From positions 3,100,001 to 3,164,000 of the forward strand of contig CM026547.1 of NCBI GenBank assembly GCA_014905635.1: a stretch of 64,000 nucleotides of DNA, written 5' to 3'. The position numbers and the translations under genes were made by a program. Below are positions 33,976-45,800 of this stretch, piece by piece. The notes beneath the pieces are model-generated. The model worked only from the letters and a program-made list of their open reading frames with translations. It was not told where the DNA came from and did not search any database. This DNA comes from Scenedesmus sp. PABB004 (taxonomy: Eukaryota). Numbering within the stretch: the first letter of the stretch is position 1; the number at the start of each line of letters is the position of its first letter.

Positions 33976-36900
33976 ATGCCGCGCAAGCCGGCAGCGTCGC
34001 CGACGGAGCGACGGCCAGCGACGCTGGCGGGCTCCCTGGCGGCGCACGCGGGCGTGGCGTGGAGCCTGTGAGCGACCGCGGCGCGCGCCGGGGCCGCGGG
34101 GGCCGCAGCGGCGCGCTGCGCCTGACGCCCGCGCCCGCGCGCCCGCAGCGGCGGGCTGGCCTCCTACCTCCTGCTCACGGCGGTCGGTCGCGTGCTGCTT
34201 CACTCGGAGGACGCCCGGGCGCGCTGGCACGCGCAGGCGCGGCCCCGGCGCGCCGCGGCGGGCCGCGGCGCGCTGCGCTGCCCCGCGCCGCCGCGGCGCC
34301 GCGCCCCCGCCGCCGGGCGCGCCCGGCGGCCGGCGCCGCGGCGCGGGGCGCCCCGCCGCGCGCGGCGCGCCCTCCGCGCCGGCGCAGCGCCGAGCCGCCC
34401 GCCGCGGGATGCGCCGCAATCCTCGGCCGATCACGGCGCCCGCTCGCGCGCCGCGCGCCGCCGCGCCGCGCCGCGCCGCGCGCAGGTCCCACTGGTGGTG
34501 TATGACCGCTCCATGTTTATGTTTGCGACCGCCTTCTTCATCGACGTCCTGAGCGCGGGCTTTGAGCTGCGCACGGCGCGGCTGGACATGGTGCTGCTGC
34601 CCGCGTTTGTCAAGGGCCTTGCGACGCTCACCAACGCGCTCGTGCGCTACGGCTGGGCCGTCATCGCAGACGGGCCCAGCGGCATGTGCGCGCGGCGGCC
34701 GCGGCGGGGCGGCGCGGGCGGGCGGCGGGCGGCCGGCGGGCGGCCGGCGGGCGGCGGGCGGCCGGCTGGCGGCGGGCGGCCGGCGGGCGGCGGGCGGCCG
34801 GCAGGCGGCGGGCGGCCGGCAGGCGGGCGGCCAGCAGGCGGCGGCGGCCGACGCCGACACCGCGCGCAGGGTGATGGTGCAGCGCTACATCTGCTGGATG
34901 CACACCACGCCGACCGTGCTGCTGCTGGTCAAGATGATCGCCACCAACATCACGCGCCGCCAGGCACGCGACGCGGCGGCGCCAGCCAGCCAGCGCGGCG
35001 CGGCCGCGCGCAGCGGCGCGGCGGCGCCCGCGCCCCGCGGCGCGCGCGTGAGCGCCCGCCGCCGCGCGCGCAGGCCGTGCGCGCGGTCGTGTGCGTGGAG
35101 GTCATGCTCGTGACCGGCGCGGCGGCCTCGCTGTGCAGCGGGGCGCTGGCGGCCGTGCTGGGCGCCGTGTCGCACCTCGCGTTCCTGCCGCTGCTGCCCT
35201 ACCTGCACCAGGGCCTCACAGAGTGCGCAGAGCGCGCGCGCTGCGCTGCGGCGGCCGCAGAGCCTGCGGCGGCGGCCGCAGAGCCTGCGGCGGCGGCCGC
35301 AGAGCCTGCGGCGGCGGGGGCCGGCGGCGGCGGGCCGACCGACCCGCGCGCGCTACGCCGCCGCAGGGCGGGGTGCGTGGTGAGCCTGCACGCGGCGGGG
35401 CCGACGATGACGCTCGTGTACTACATGACCATGGTGCGGGCGAGGGGGCACAGCCCACACACAGCCCACACAGCGCACACAGCCCCCGGCCAGCAGGGCT
35501 GCACAGCGCCGGCGCCGACGCGCGCCGCCGCGCGCCGCCGCCGCGCCGCGCAGCTGATGTGGTGCACCTTTGGCGCCGTGTGGGACCTGCGCATGCTCGG
35601 CCTCGTGCCGCTGCCGGTGGAGGAGGTGGTGTACCTCTGCTGCGACTTCAGCGCCAAGGTCCTCTTCAGCTGCGGGCTCATGCTGTCGTCGTTCAAGGGC
35701 CTCGAGAGCCGGCGCGAGGGCGTGATGCGCCAGATCCAGGAGAGCCACCGCCAGACGCTCATACAGGAGCTCAGGCGCGTCATCGAGCAGAAGGACGCGT
35801 TCATGTCCAGCGTCTCACACGGCACGGGGGGGGCAAGGCCGCGCCGCGCGGGGGCCGGCGGCGCGCGGCGCGGCCCGGCGGCGCGGGGCACAGGGGGCCC
35901 GGCGCGGCGCGGCGCGGCGCGGCCGCTGCTGACGCCGCGCCGCCCGCGCCGCCCGCGCCCTGCTGCGCAGAGCTGCGCACGCCGCTCAACGGCATCATTG
36001 GTGGGCGCCGCGGCTGGGCGGGGCCGGCGTGCCGCCGCCGCCACGCGTGGCCGCGCCGCCGCGCCCGCACACCCAGCGCGTGCTGACTGACGGGTGCGTC
36101 ACCGCGCGCGCAGGCATCTCCGAGGGCCTCCTGTCGGGCTGCTGCGGGCTGCTCGCGGAGAGCGTGCGGCGGCAGGTATACATCGTGCGCACGAGCGGCG
36201 CGCGGCTGCTGGCGCTGATCAACGACGTCATGGACGCCGCGGCGCTGCGCCAGCACCGCCTCGTGCTGCACCAGGAGCGCCTCGAGCTGCGCCAGGTCGT
36301 GGGCGACGTCGGCGACCTCACGCGCAGCCTGGTCGACAACGACGTCTCGCTGCGCAACGACGTGCCAGAGGGCTTTGTCGTCTGGGCCGACAGCGGCCGC
36401 GTCGTGCAGGCGCGGCGCGGCGCGGCGCGGCGGCGCCCGCGGCCGCGCGCGCGCGCCGTCCCCGCCGCGTCTCCGCCTGTCCGCGCGTTGCGGGCTGCCT
36501 GGCCTCACGCGCCGCCCGCCGCCGCCTGCCGCGCCCCAGGTGCTCAACAACCTGCTGGGCAACGCCGCCAAGTTCACGCGGCAGGGCTCGATCCGTGTGA
36601 GCGCGGCCTGGCACGGCGGCAGCCGGCAGTGGGTCGCGGTGACGGTCGCCGACACGGGCATCGGCATCCCGCGCGCCAAGCTCGCGAGCATCTTCCTGCC
36701 CTTTGAGCAGGTCGATGGCAGCATCAGCCGCCAGTACGGCGGCTTCGGCCTGGGCCTGAGCATCACGCAGGAGCTGGTCAAGGCGCACGGCGGCGAGCTC
36801 TGGGTCAAGTCGGCCGAGGGCAAGGGCTCGAGCTTCACCTTTACGCTGCCCAGCTTCACCGGCCAGACACCGCGCCCCGCGAGTGCCGGCGGCCGCCGCG

Positions 36901-39900
36901 GCGCGGCGCTCGCGCGCGCGCCGAGCGACGCCGCCGCGCTCGACCGCCCGGGCGGCCTCGCCGGCGCCGACGCCGCCGACGCCGCGATGGCCGCGGAGTT
37001 CTCACGCGAGCTGCCCTACGACGCGGCGCAGCTGTCGGCGCTCGCGAGCAGCAAGCCCTTTGCGAGCGGCGGCGGCGGCGGCGGCGGCGGCGGGCTCGCG
37101 GCGCCGCCGGCGGAGCGGCGCCGGCGCGCGAGCGGGCCGGCGGGCGCCGCGCGCGACCCGCGGCCGACGCAGCACGCGCGCACGGGGCGGTACCAGGTGC
37201 TGAGCGTGGACGACGACGTGGTCAACCAGACGGTCGTGCAGAGCCTGCTGAGCAGCACGGGCTACGAGGTCGTCTGCCTGCCGAGCGGGCGCGCGGCGCT
37301 GGAGTACATCGACGGCGCGGAGACGCTGCCGGACCTGATGCTGCTGGACGTGATGATGCCAGACATGAGCGGGTGCGCGGCGGCAGGCTGTAGCGTGGCG
37401 CGCTGGGCGCCCAGAGCCGCGCGAGCGCCGGGGCGGGGCGGAGGGGCTGCGGCTGCTGACGCTGAGGGGCGCGGCGCGCCGGCGGGGGCGCCGCGCGGCC
37501 GCCGACGCCGCGCGCAGGCCCGAGGTGTGCCGCCAGCTGTCGCTGCGGCGGCCGGCGCTGGCGCTGCCTGTGATTATGGTCAGCGCGCACACGGAGGAGG
37601 CCATGGTGGTGCGCGGCCTCGACGCGGGCGCGGACGACTACATCGCAAAACCCTTCAAGCGCGCGGAGTTCCTCGCCCGCATCCGCGCGCGCCTGCAGCT
37701 CAGCGGCAGCGGCGGCGGCCTCGACCAGGCGCGCGGCGCGCGGCGCGCGCGCGCGCGCGCGGCAGAGGGGGCATGCGCGGCGACGGCCCCGCAGCGCGCG
37801 GTGTTTGGCGCGGGCCCGCCGCGCGCGCGCTGTTTGACGCGGGCCCTCCGCTCGCGCGTGTGCGTGCGTGCGTGCGCAGGTTGTGAGCGACGGCGGCGGC
37901 GCCGCGCCGGCGGTGCTGTGCGTGGACGACGACGAGGTCGACCACATCGTGCTGGAGGGCATGCTGCAGTCACAAAACTTCAGGCACGCGCCGCGCCGCG
38001 GCGGCGCGCGCCGCCGCTGCGTGCGCTGGCGCGCGCGCGGGCGCGCGCGCGGGCGCGCGCGCTCACGCCCGCCCCGCCCGCCGGCCTGCCCGCGCGGCGC
38101 CGCGCGCGCTGCAGGTACATTAAGGCACGCTCTGGCGCGGAGGCGCTCGCGCTGCTGGGCGACGCCGACGCGGCGCCGCTGGCGCTGGTGCTGCTCGACG
38201 CGGCGCTGCCCGACACGACCGGCCTCGAGGTGCTCCTCTCGCTGCGCGCGCGCTTCAGCCAGGCGGCGCTGCCGGTCGTGATGCTCACCGCGCGGCACAA
38301 CGAGCGCGCGATCGTGGCGGCGCTGGACGCGGGGGCCAACGACTACTGCGTGAAGCCCTTCCGGCGCTCCGAGCTCATGGCGCGCATCCGCATGCACCTG
38401 CGCGCGAGCCAAAAGGCGGCCGCCGCCGCGACGGAGCCGCCGAGCCCCATCGGCTCCAGCCCCCTGGCCGCCGCGCTCGCGGCGGGCGACGACGAGCTGA
38501 GCACCGGGCTGCAGCACCTGCTGCCGTGCGCGGAGCAGCTGCGCTGCGTGCCGCTGCTCGTCGCGCGCGTGGGCGGGCTCGACGCCGCGACGCGCGGCCT
38601 CGCGCCGCCGGAGCTGAGCGCGCTGCTGGGCAGCATCGCCGACACGTTTGACGCGCTCGTTGAAAAGTACGCCGTGCTCAAGGTGCGCGGCGCACGCGCC
38701 CGCGGCGCCCGGGGCGCGAGAGAGGGAGGCCGGGAGGCAGGGAGCGGCGGCTGCGGCGCGGGGGCGCCTGGGCGCGCTCCGACGCGCTGCGCGCGCTCCC
38801 GACGCGCGCGCGCGCGCAGGTGGAGGCGAGCGACCGGGTGCTCATGGTCGCGGCGCCCGTCAGCAGCAGCCCCAGCGCCAGCGGCCGCAGCAGCCTGCAG
38901 CTGCAGCGCTCGCCGGCGGCGCCCGACGGCGGCGCCGCGGCCGCGGCCGCAGACGGCAGCCCGCGCGGCGGCGGCGCGGGCGGCGGCGCGGGCGGCGGCG
39001 TGGGCGGCGGCGCCGCGCTGCAGCGCCTGCTGGCGCTGGCGTCGGAGCTCATGGCCGCCCTCGGCGGCGACGCGGAGCTCGCGCCGGGCGCGGACCCCGG
39101 CGCGGCGCCGCCGCTCGCGCGCACGCAGTCGAGCGTGAGCATGCTCGCGCAGCTGCCGCCGGGCGTGCGCGGCGCGCTGTCGCTGCGCGTGGCGGTGCAC
39201 GTGGGCGCCGTGCACGCGGGCGTCGTGGGCGCGCGGCGGCCGCGGTACCGGCTGCTGGGCCCGGCGCTGCAGTACGTGAAGCAGGCCTGCGCCGCGGCGC
39301 CGCCCGGGACCATCGTCGCGACCCAGGCGGCGAGCGTGGAGCTGCTGGCGCGAGGCGCGACGGGCCTGGAGCCGCTGTCGGTGGCGTGGCCCGGCCCCGA
39401 CGGCGAGGCCGGCGGCCGCGGCGGCGCGGGCGCGGCGATGGAGCAGCTCTGGCTGTACGGCGCGTCTGCGGCGGGCGGCGCCGAGGGCCCCGGCATATCA
39501 GGGAGCCTGTCGGGCAGCTGCCCTGCGTTGCAGCTGCTCCAGCCCCCAGCGAGCGCGCGCGGCGCCAGCTGCGCGGCTGCGCCCCCGCCGAGCGGGGCAC
39601 AGCAGCTCTCGGCAGCGGCGCCGCGGCAGCCGCAGCACAAGGCGAAGCAGCAGGTGCAGCAGCAGGCGCAGCCAACGACACCTCTGCAGGGACAGCAGCA
39701 GGAACAGCAGCAGCAGCAGCAGCACGAGCAGCAGCACGCGGCGCCGGCGCCGGGCTCGGCGTGGCCCGCGGCGCGCCAGGCCCCCGGCGGCAGCTCGAGC
39801 GGCTCGTCGTCGCGTGCTCCCACGCGCAGCGCCAGCAACGCGAGCTCCTTTGACCCGCAGGCCCTGGCCGCAGCGAGCTTCAGCCCGCTGCGCTCCGGCG

Positions 39901-40379
39901 ACCCGAGCGCGGTGCTGCTCGGGCCCGGGGGCATGGGCGGGGCGCTCGGCGGCCCCGCCGACCTTGCGGCGGCGCTCGCGGCGGCGGGCGGCTGGCAGCT
40001 GGGTGCCGCGGAGGCGCAGCAGATGGTGCTGCTGCAGGCCGAGCTCGAGCTCATGCAGCAGCAGCTCACCTACCTCGCCTGGTCGTGCGGCGGCGGGGGC
40101 GCGCCCGAGCAGCAGGGCTTTGGCTGCGCCCCGCACGGCGCCCACGGCGCCGGGCCGGCCCTGCGCGAGGAGGCGCCCGCCGGGTGCGCCAGCGCCAACG
40201 GCAGCAGCGTGGACGGCAGCACGCGCGTGCTGGCGGCCCCCGGCGCCGAGCCGCCGCGCGCCGGGGCCAAGCAGCCGGGCGCCAAGGCCGCGCGCGCCCC
40301 GGGCGGCGGCCGGGCGGCGCCGCTGGCGAATCTGTTCCGCCGACGCCCCAAGCAGCAGCAGCAGCCCGGCGGCACCTAG
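33976..40379 (+). CDS. Histidine-kinase rhodopsin (2c-Cyclop-like): rhodopsin - HisKA/HATPase - REC - REC - degenerate class III cyclase
   Basis: Helix C QRYICWMHTTP; helix G CDFSAKVLFS (retinal Lys); H-box FMSSVSH|ELRTPLNGII; N/G boxes QVLNNLLGNA, DTGIGI, GGFGLGLSI; two receivers (LLDVMMP..KPF, LLDAALP..KPF); cyclase-like RVAVHVGAVHAGVVG. About 13 exons. Confidence 0.93.
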
Positions 40380-41377
40380 GGGGGCAAGGGCAAGGGCGGC
40401 CGGGGCGGGCACGGGTGGCAAGCGACTCTGTCGGGCGCCTGGGGGGGCTCCCGCATCTTTTCACTTCAACTTCCTTCCCCTCAACGCATAGAGAAACACC
40501 CTCCATGTTGCGCGCACGCTGGGGATGGGGATGGTGGTGGGGTTGCAGTGTCACACGCGCTGCCCTGGCCCACGGGGCAGCGGCGGCGCGGGAGGCCGCG
40601 CATTAGCCGCGCCGCGCGTGTTATGCTGCTGCGAGCAGCACGGCGGCGCTGGGCGGCGACGGCAATTGCCGGGGCGCGTGCACGCGGCCGTGTGGGCAGG
40701 GGGACGAGCTGCTGCTGCCCGCGTGACTGCGCCGAGGCGGCGCCCCGCCCGCCGGGGGGGGGGGGGGGGATCAATCATGCGGCTTCGGTTTGGCCGCGCG
40801 CGCCAAGCGCACGAGCGCATGAGCGTGCGCAGGATATGCACCTTTTTGGCCGCCGTCGCCGATGCCCGCGCGATGGCGGTGGCGGCGGAAGGGGTGGTGG
40901 GCGCACGATTTGTGACACCGCGACGCTTGCCGGGGCTTGAAGCGCGCCAGGGCTGAGGCGCTCCTGACGCGCCGAGCCCCCCATACCACCCGATCACCTC
41001 ACCAGCTCACACGCGCGCCCCCAACCGCCCGCCCTGCCGCGACAGCTGCGCCGCCGCCGCCGCAGCAGCAGCGCGTGCTGCCGCAGTTCGCGCCGCCCGC
41101 AGCGGGGCCGCGGAACCGTGCGCTGCCTCACGCCCGCTGCTCGGCGAGCGCACGTGCCAATCGTGCGCGGGCGCCGCGAGCCGGGCACGAGCGGTGTCGG
41201 CCACACAGGGCGCGGGCGGCATTTCACTCTCGGGCCCGCCGCTGCGCCGCGGAGGCGAGGCCCGCTGCGCGAGACGCGCGACATCAGGCGCCTCTGCTTT
41301 ACCTGGCAGCAGGGGCAGCAGCACCGCGGCGTCGCTGCTCCTACGCGCAGCGGCGGCGGCGCCGTGGCGCCGCGGTG

Positions 41378-42538
41378 ATGCCCTCCGCGCCGGGCATGCT
41401 CCTGCAGGCGGCCCTGGAGCCGGCCGGGCAGCTCGCCGCCCCCGCGGGCGCGGCGGCGAAGCAGGCGCCGGGCGGCGCGGCGCGCGAGGAGGGGCAGCGG
41501 CAGCAGCAGCAGCAGCAGCCGCAGCTCGGGCAACCGCCGTCGCCCGGCGCGGCGCTCGCCGCGCGCGTGCCGCACGTCCCGCAGCAGTACAGCTGGGACT
41601 GCGGCCTCGCGTGCGTGCACATGGTCCTGCGCTCGCTGGGGCGGTCCGACGCGGGCCTCGGCGCCGCGCTGCGCGCGCGCGTGGGCACGACGAGCGTGTG
41701 GACGATCGACCTCGCCGCGCTGCTCGCCGACTACGGCGCGGCGGTGAGCTTCAGCACGACCACGATCGGCATCAACCGCGCGTTTGAGAACGAGTGGTTC
41801 TACATGGAGCACCTGCACGCCGACGCGGCGCGCGTGGCGGCGCTCTTCGCCGACGCGCCGCGCCGCGGCGTGGCCGTGCGCGAGGCGAGCGTGCCGCTGT
41901 GCGAGCTCGTCGCCGCGGTGTCGGCCGGCACGCTCGCGGTGCTGCTGGTCGACCGGCGCAAGATCGACCCCTGGCAGGCGGCGGCCGACGTGGCGTGGAA
42001 CCTGACGACCGGCGTGACGAGCGCGACGAGCTACACCGGGCACTATGTGCTCCTCGCCGGCTACGACCCGCCGCCCCCGCCCGCGGCGGCCGCCGTGGCG
42101 GCGGCGGCGGCGGCGGCGCAGCAGCAGCCGCAGCAGCAGCAGCAGCCGCGCGACGGGGGCGGGCCGGCGCCGCTGCCGGAGCAGCAGCTGGGACAGGCGC
42201 GGCCGCAGGCAGGGCCGCAGGCGCCGCCGGAGGAGCAGGCGGCGCCGCGCCAGGCGGGCGCGGGGCGCGGCAGCACGCCGCCGACGCCGCCGACGCTCGA
42301 GGCGGCGGGGCGGCTGGGCTACTTCTGGGTGCAGGACCCCGCGCACTGCCGCGGCCCCGTGCGCATCCCGGCGTCGCTCGTCGACTCGGCGCGGCGCAGC
42401 TTTGGCACCGACGAGGACCTGCTGCTCGTGGAGGTGCCGCCCGGCGCCCCGGCCCAGCAGGCCCAGCAGGCAGCGGGCGCCGCCGGCGGCGGCAGCTGCA
42501 GTGGCAGCAGCCGCTGCAGCAGCGCGGACGCGTGCTGA
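41378..42538 (+). CDS. GUCD1: GUCD1 / AtGC1-like protein (peptidase C39-like fold)
   Basis: VPHVPQQYSWDCGLACVHMVL, SVWTIDLA, YTGHYVLLAGYD, ARRSFGTDEDLLLV; apparently single exon. Confidence 0.9.
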   Translation: MPSAPGMLLQAALEPAGQLAAPAGAAAKQAPGGAAREEGQRQQQQQQPQLGQPPSPGAALAARVPHVPQQYSWDCGLACVHMVLRSLGRSDAGLGAALRARVGTTSVWTIDLAALLADYGAAVSFSTTTIGINRAFENEWFYMEHLHADAARVAALFADAPRRGVAVREASVPLCELVAAVSAGTLAVLLVDRRKIDPWQAAADVAWNLTTGVTSATSYTGHYVLLAGYDPPPPPAAAAVAAAAAAAQQQPQQQQQPRDGGGPAPLPEQQLGQARPQAGPQAPPEEQAAPRQAGAGRGSTPPTPPTLEAAGRLGYFWVQDPAHCRGPVRIPASLVDSARRSFGTDEDLLLVEVPPGAPAQQAQQAAGAAGGGSCSGSSRCSSADAC

Positions 42539-42776
42539 GCGCCGCGCCGCCGCGTGACTACTGCGATCGATTGCGCGCGCCCGCTGGCGGGCGGGCGGCG
42601 CGGAGCGGAGCGAGGGTTTGAGGCGGCGCTGGCTGCGGCCGCGCGCTGTACACAGCTGTACACGAGGACACGCGAGGGCGGGCGCGCGGGGAGAGCGAGG
42701 GCGTGGGTCCCTCACGCGCGGGGCTGGTGCGTAAAGTGCCTCCATCTCCTGTTGCCGCCCGCGCCCGCGCCCGGAG

Positions 42777-42834
42777 CTACAGCAGCAGCCCCGGCTTGTA
42801 CACGCGGATGCTGCCGGGCTGCTCGCCGCGCCCC

Positions 42835-42869
<35 letters not shown>

Positions 42870-45800
42870 CGCCTTGGCAGCGCGCTGCACGCCGCGCTGT
42901 GGCCACACGTCGGCGGCGCACGGCTGCCCCTGCGCCGGCGGGCCGCCCCAGCCGCCGGCCGCGCCGCCGCCCCCGCGATCTCGCTGCGAGCCGTCGTCCG
43001 CGCTCGACGTGCGGTTGCGCATGACCGTCTGCTGGTAGTGCTGCGGCGGCGTCGGCAGCAGCGGGCTGCCCGCGGGCTGCTGCCACTGGCCGCAGGTCGG
43101 CGCCGAGTGCGGCTGCGGTGCGAGCTGCAGCGCCGCGCCCGACCCGGGGCGGCCGTAGCCGTCGGCGGTGCCTGGCGGCGCTATGCCGGCCGCCGCCGCC
43201 TGCCAGTGCAGGAACTGCTGCAGCTGCAGAGCCGCCCACGCCGCGTGCTGCGGCTGCTGCGCCCACGAGTACGCCGCGCCAGGGTGGAACGGCAGCTGCC
43301 CGGGGCCGCACGCGCCGCCGCCTGGCGCGTGCGCGGGCGCGGCGGCGGCCAGCGCGGCCGCCGCGTGCGGGCCCAGCGCGTGTGACAGGTGCGCGGGCTC
43401 GGACCACACCGCCGCGTGCGGCCACGCGCCAGGCGGGCAGCCCGGCGGCGGCAGCCCACAGCCCGGCGGTGGCACGCCCCACGGCGCTGCCATCCAGCCG
43501 GGCATGGCCGGCGCGCCCGGCGGGAACTGCAGCGGCCAGCACGGCCGCTGCTGGCCGCCGCCGGCGCTGGCGCCGGCGCCGGCGCCCGCGCCGGGCGGCG
43601 CGCGCGGGGGCGGCCTGCCCTCCCACTGCTCCTTGGCCCTGGTGGGCGCGAGCGCGCCCCGAGCCCCGCCCGCTGGCGGCTCGCGCGCCTGCGCCCAGCC
43701 TGGTGCCGTGCGCGCGCCGGCGCCCGCGCGCGCGGCCGCCAGCTGCGGCTGCCGGGGGCCGGCCGGCGCGCGGGGCGCGCTGGCGCCCCTGCACCCCCGC
43801 GCAGGGCCTGCGCCAGCCGCACCCGCAGCGGCCGCCGGCAAGGGCAGGGGCGGCGCCCTGTCATGCAGCATGCGCGCGTCAAGCTGCTCCAGCGACGCCA
43901 GCAGCGCTGCCTCCTCCGGTGACAGCCCGGCCTCCGCCGGCGGCGGGGCGGCCACGCCACGACGGCGTGGCCCGCCCTCGCCCTCGCCGCGGCAGGCGGC
44001 GGCAGCCGAAGGCGTGCGCCTGGGCTGCCTGCCAGGCGCGGCGCTCTGCCGCGCGGTCGGCGCTGGCGGCGACTGCCTGGCCGCGCCCCCCACGTAACTG
44101 CGGGGCGACCCCGCAGCAGGCACGGGCGACGCGGCCCGGGGCGGGGCCCGACCGGCTGAGCCGGCGGCGGGCGCGGCGCGCACGCCCGGCGCCTGCAGCG
44201 TGCCGCGTTCAGCGCAGGCCGGCGGCGGCGCGCTGCGCGCGGCCGCCGCCGCCGTCGCCGCCTGCACCGCCGCCCACATGCCCGGCTGCTGGGCGCCGGC
44301 CGCCGCCGCGGCGATGGCCGACGCCAGCGGCACGACGCGCGGCCGCGCGCCTGCGCCGGGCGCCGCCACCGGCGCTGCGCCTGGCCGCTCGTTGTCGCCC
44401 GCGCGCTCCAGGCAGTCCAGGTCACTGTCCCACGACTCCACGAGCTCGCGTGGAGCGCTGGCACAGCAGCCGCCGGGCTGCTCGCGCGCGGCAGCGCGCG
44501 CCGACGCATCGCCGTGCGGCGTGCCGGGCGCGCTGGGGATGCGGGACACCGCCTGCGCGGGGCTGCGTGCGCCGCCGCCGTCGCCGGGCGTGCTGCTGCC
44601 CCCGGTCAGCGCCTGGCCGGGCGGCGCCACCCGTGCGCGGCGCGGGGGGCTGGCGCCGCCGCCGCTGGTGGCCGGCGGGCTCTGCGACGGGCGGCGGCCG
44701 CCCGCAGCGCGCGCCGCCTCTGGCTCAGCGGGCGGGCGCTGCGGCTCCGGCACCTCTGCCGCCTCACGCCGCTGCGCAGCGCCCTGCCGCGCCGCGCCGG
44801 CTGCCGCCTCCAGGCGCTGCCGCTCCGCCTGCTCCCTCTCCAGCCGCTGCCGCGCCTGCAGGGCGGCCGCCGCGTAGCTGCCCTGGTTGAGCAGCGGCCG
44901 CTCCGCTGCCGCCGGGGCCGCTGCGGCGTAGCCGCTGGGCGCTCCCGCGGGCCTGGCGCTGTCTGTGCGCGGCGGCCGCCCGCCCGCCCTCGCCTGCCAC
45001 GCCAGCTTCGCCAGGAAGGTGTCGCCGCCGCCCGGCGCGGCGGGGCCCGCGGCGGGTGCAGCCGCGAGGCCGCCGGAGTGGCGCGGCGCGAGCGCGGCGG
45101 CCGCGGCTGCGGCAGCCACGGCCGCCGCCATGCTGCCGCCCGGCGACGGCAGCGGCGAGGTGTGCCTGCTTCGGGCGCACGTGGGGCTGCCGGTCACCCA
45201 CTTGGACACCGCGCCGCGCCGCCCGCCAGGGCTGGAGCAGCGGCTGCTGCACGCGCTGTCGCCAGCCCCTGGCCCAGCGCTGAGCGACGACGGCGCCGCA
45301 GCCAGACGCGGCGGCACGCTTGCGACCAGTGCCAGCGGGGGCGGCTGCAGCGGCAGGAGCTGCATCGCGGGCGAGCCACAGCCGCCGGCGCCGCCGGGCA
45401 CGCCACACGCCTGCGGTGGGAGGCCCTCTGATGCCTGGCAGCTGCCGCCGCAGTCGCCGGCGCCGCCGAGCGGAGGCTGCGCCGCCGAGCGCAGAGGGTT
45501 GCCGCCGCTGGGAGGCTGCTGCTCCTGGTACTGCTCCGGCTCCTGGTGCTGCTGCGCCTGCGCCTGCAGCTGCAGGCGCGCCGCCCCGGTGCCAAAGGAG
45601 AAGGACAGGTCGAGCGCTGCCGGCGCCAGCTGCGTGGGCGGGGACGGCTGCACCGTGCTGGCTGGCTGCGGCTGCGGCTGCGGCTGCGGCTGCGGCTGCG
45701 GCTGCGGCTGCGGCTGCGGCTGCGGCTGCGGCTGCGGCTGCGGCTGCGGCTGCGGCTGCGGCTCTCCCACACGCAGCCGCTGCTGGCGCTGCTGCGGGGG

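Noticed and set aside
38550..42538. HKR pseudo-cyclase adjacent to 'guanylyl cyclase' GUCD1 as a functional module
   Set aside because: GUCD1 has a C39-peptidase-like fold, not a class III cyclase; adjacency alone in a gene-dense eukaryotic genome is weak evidence.
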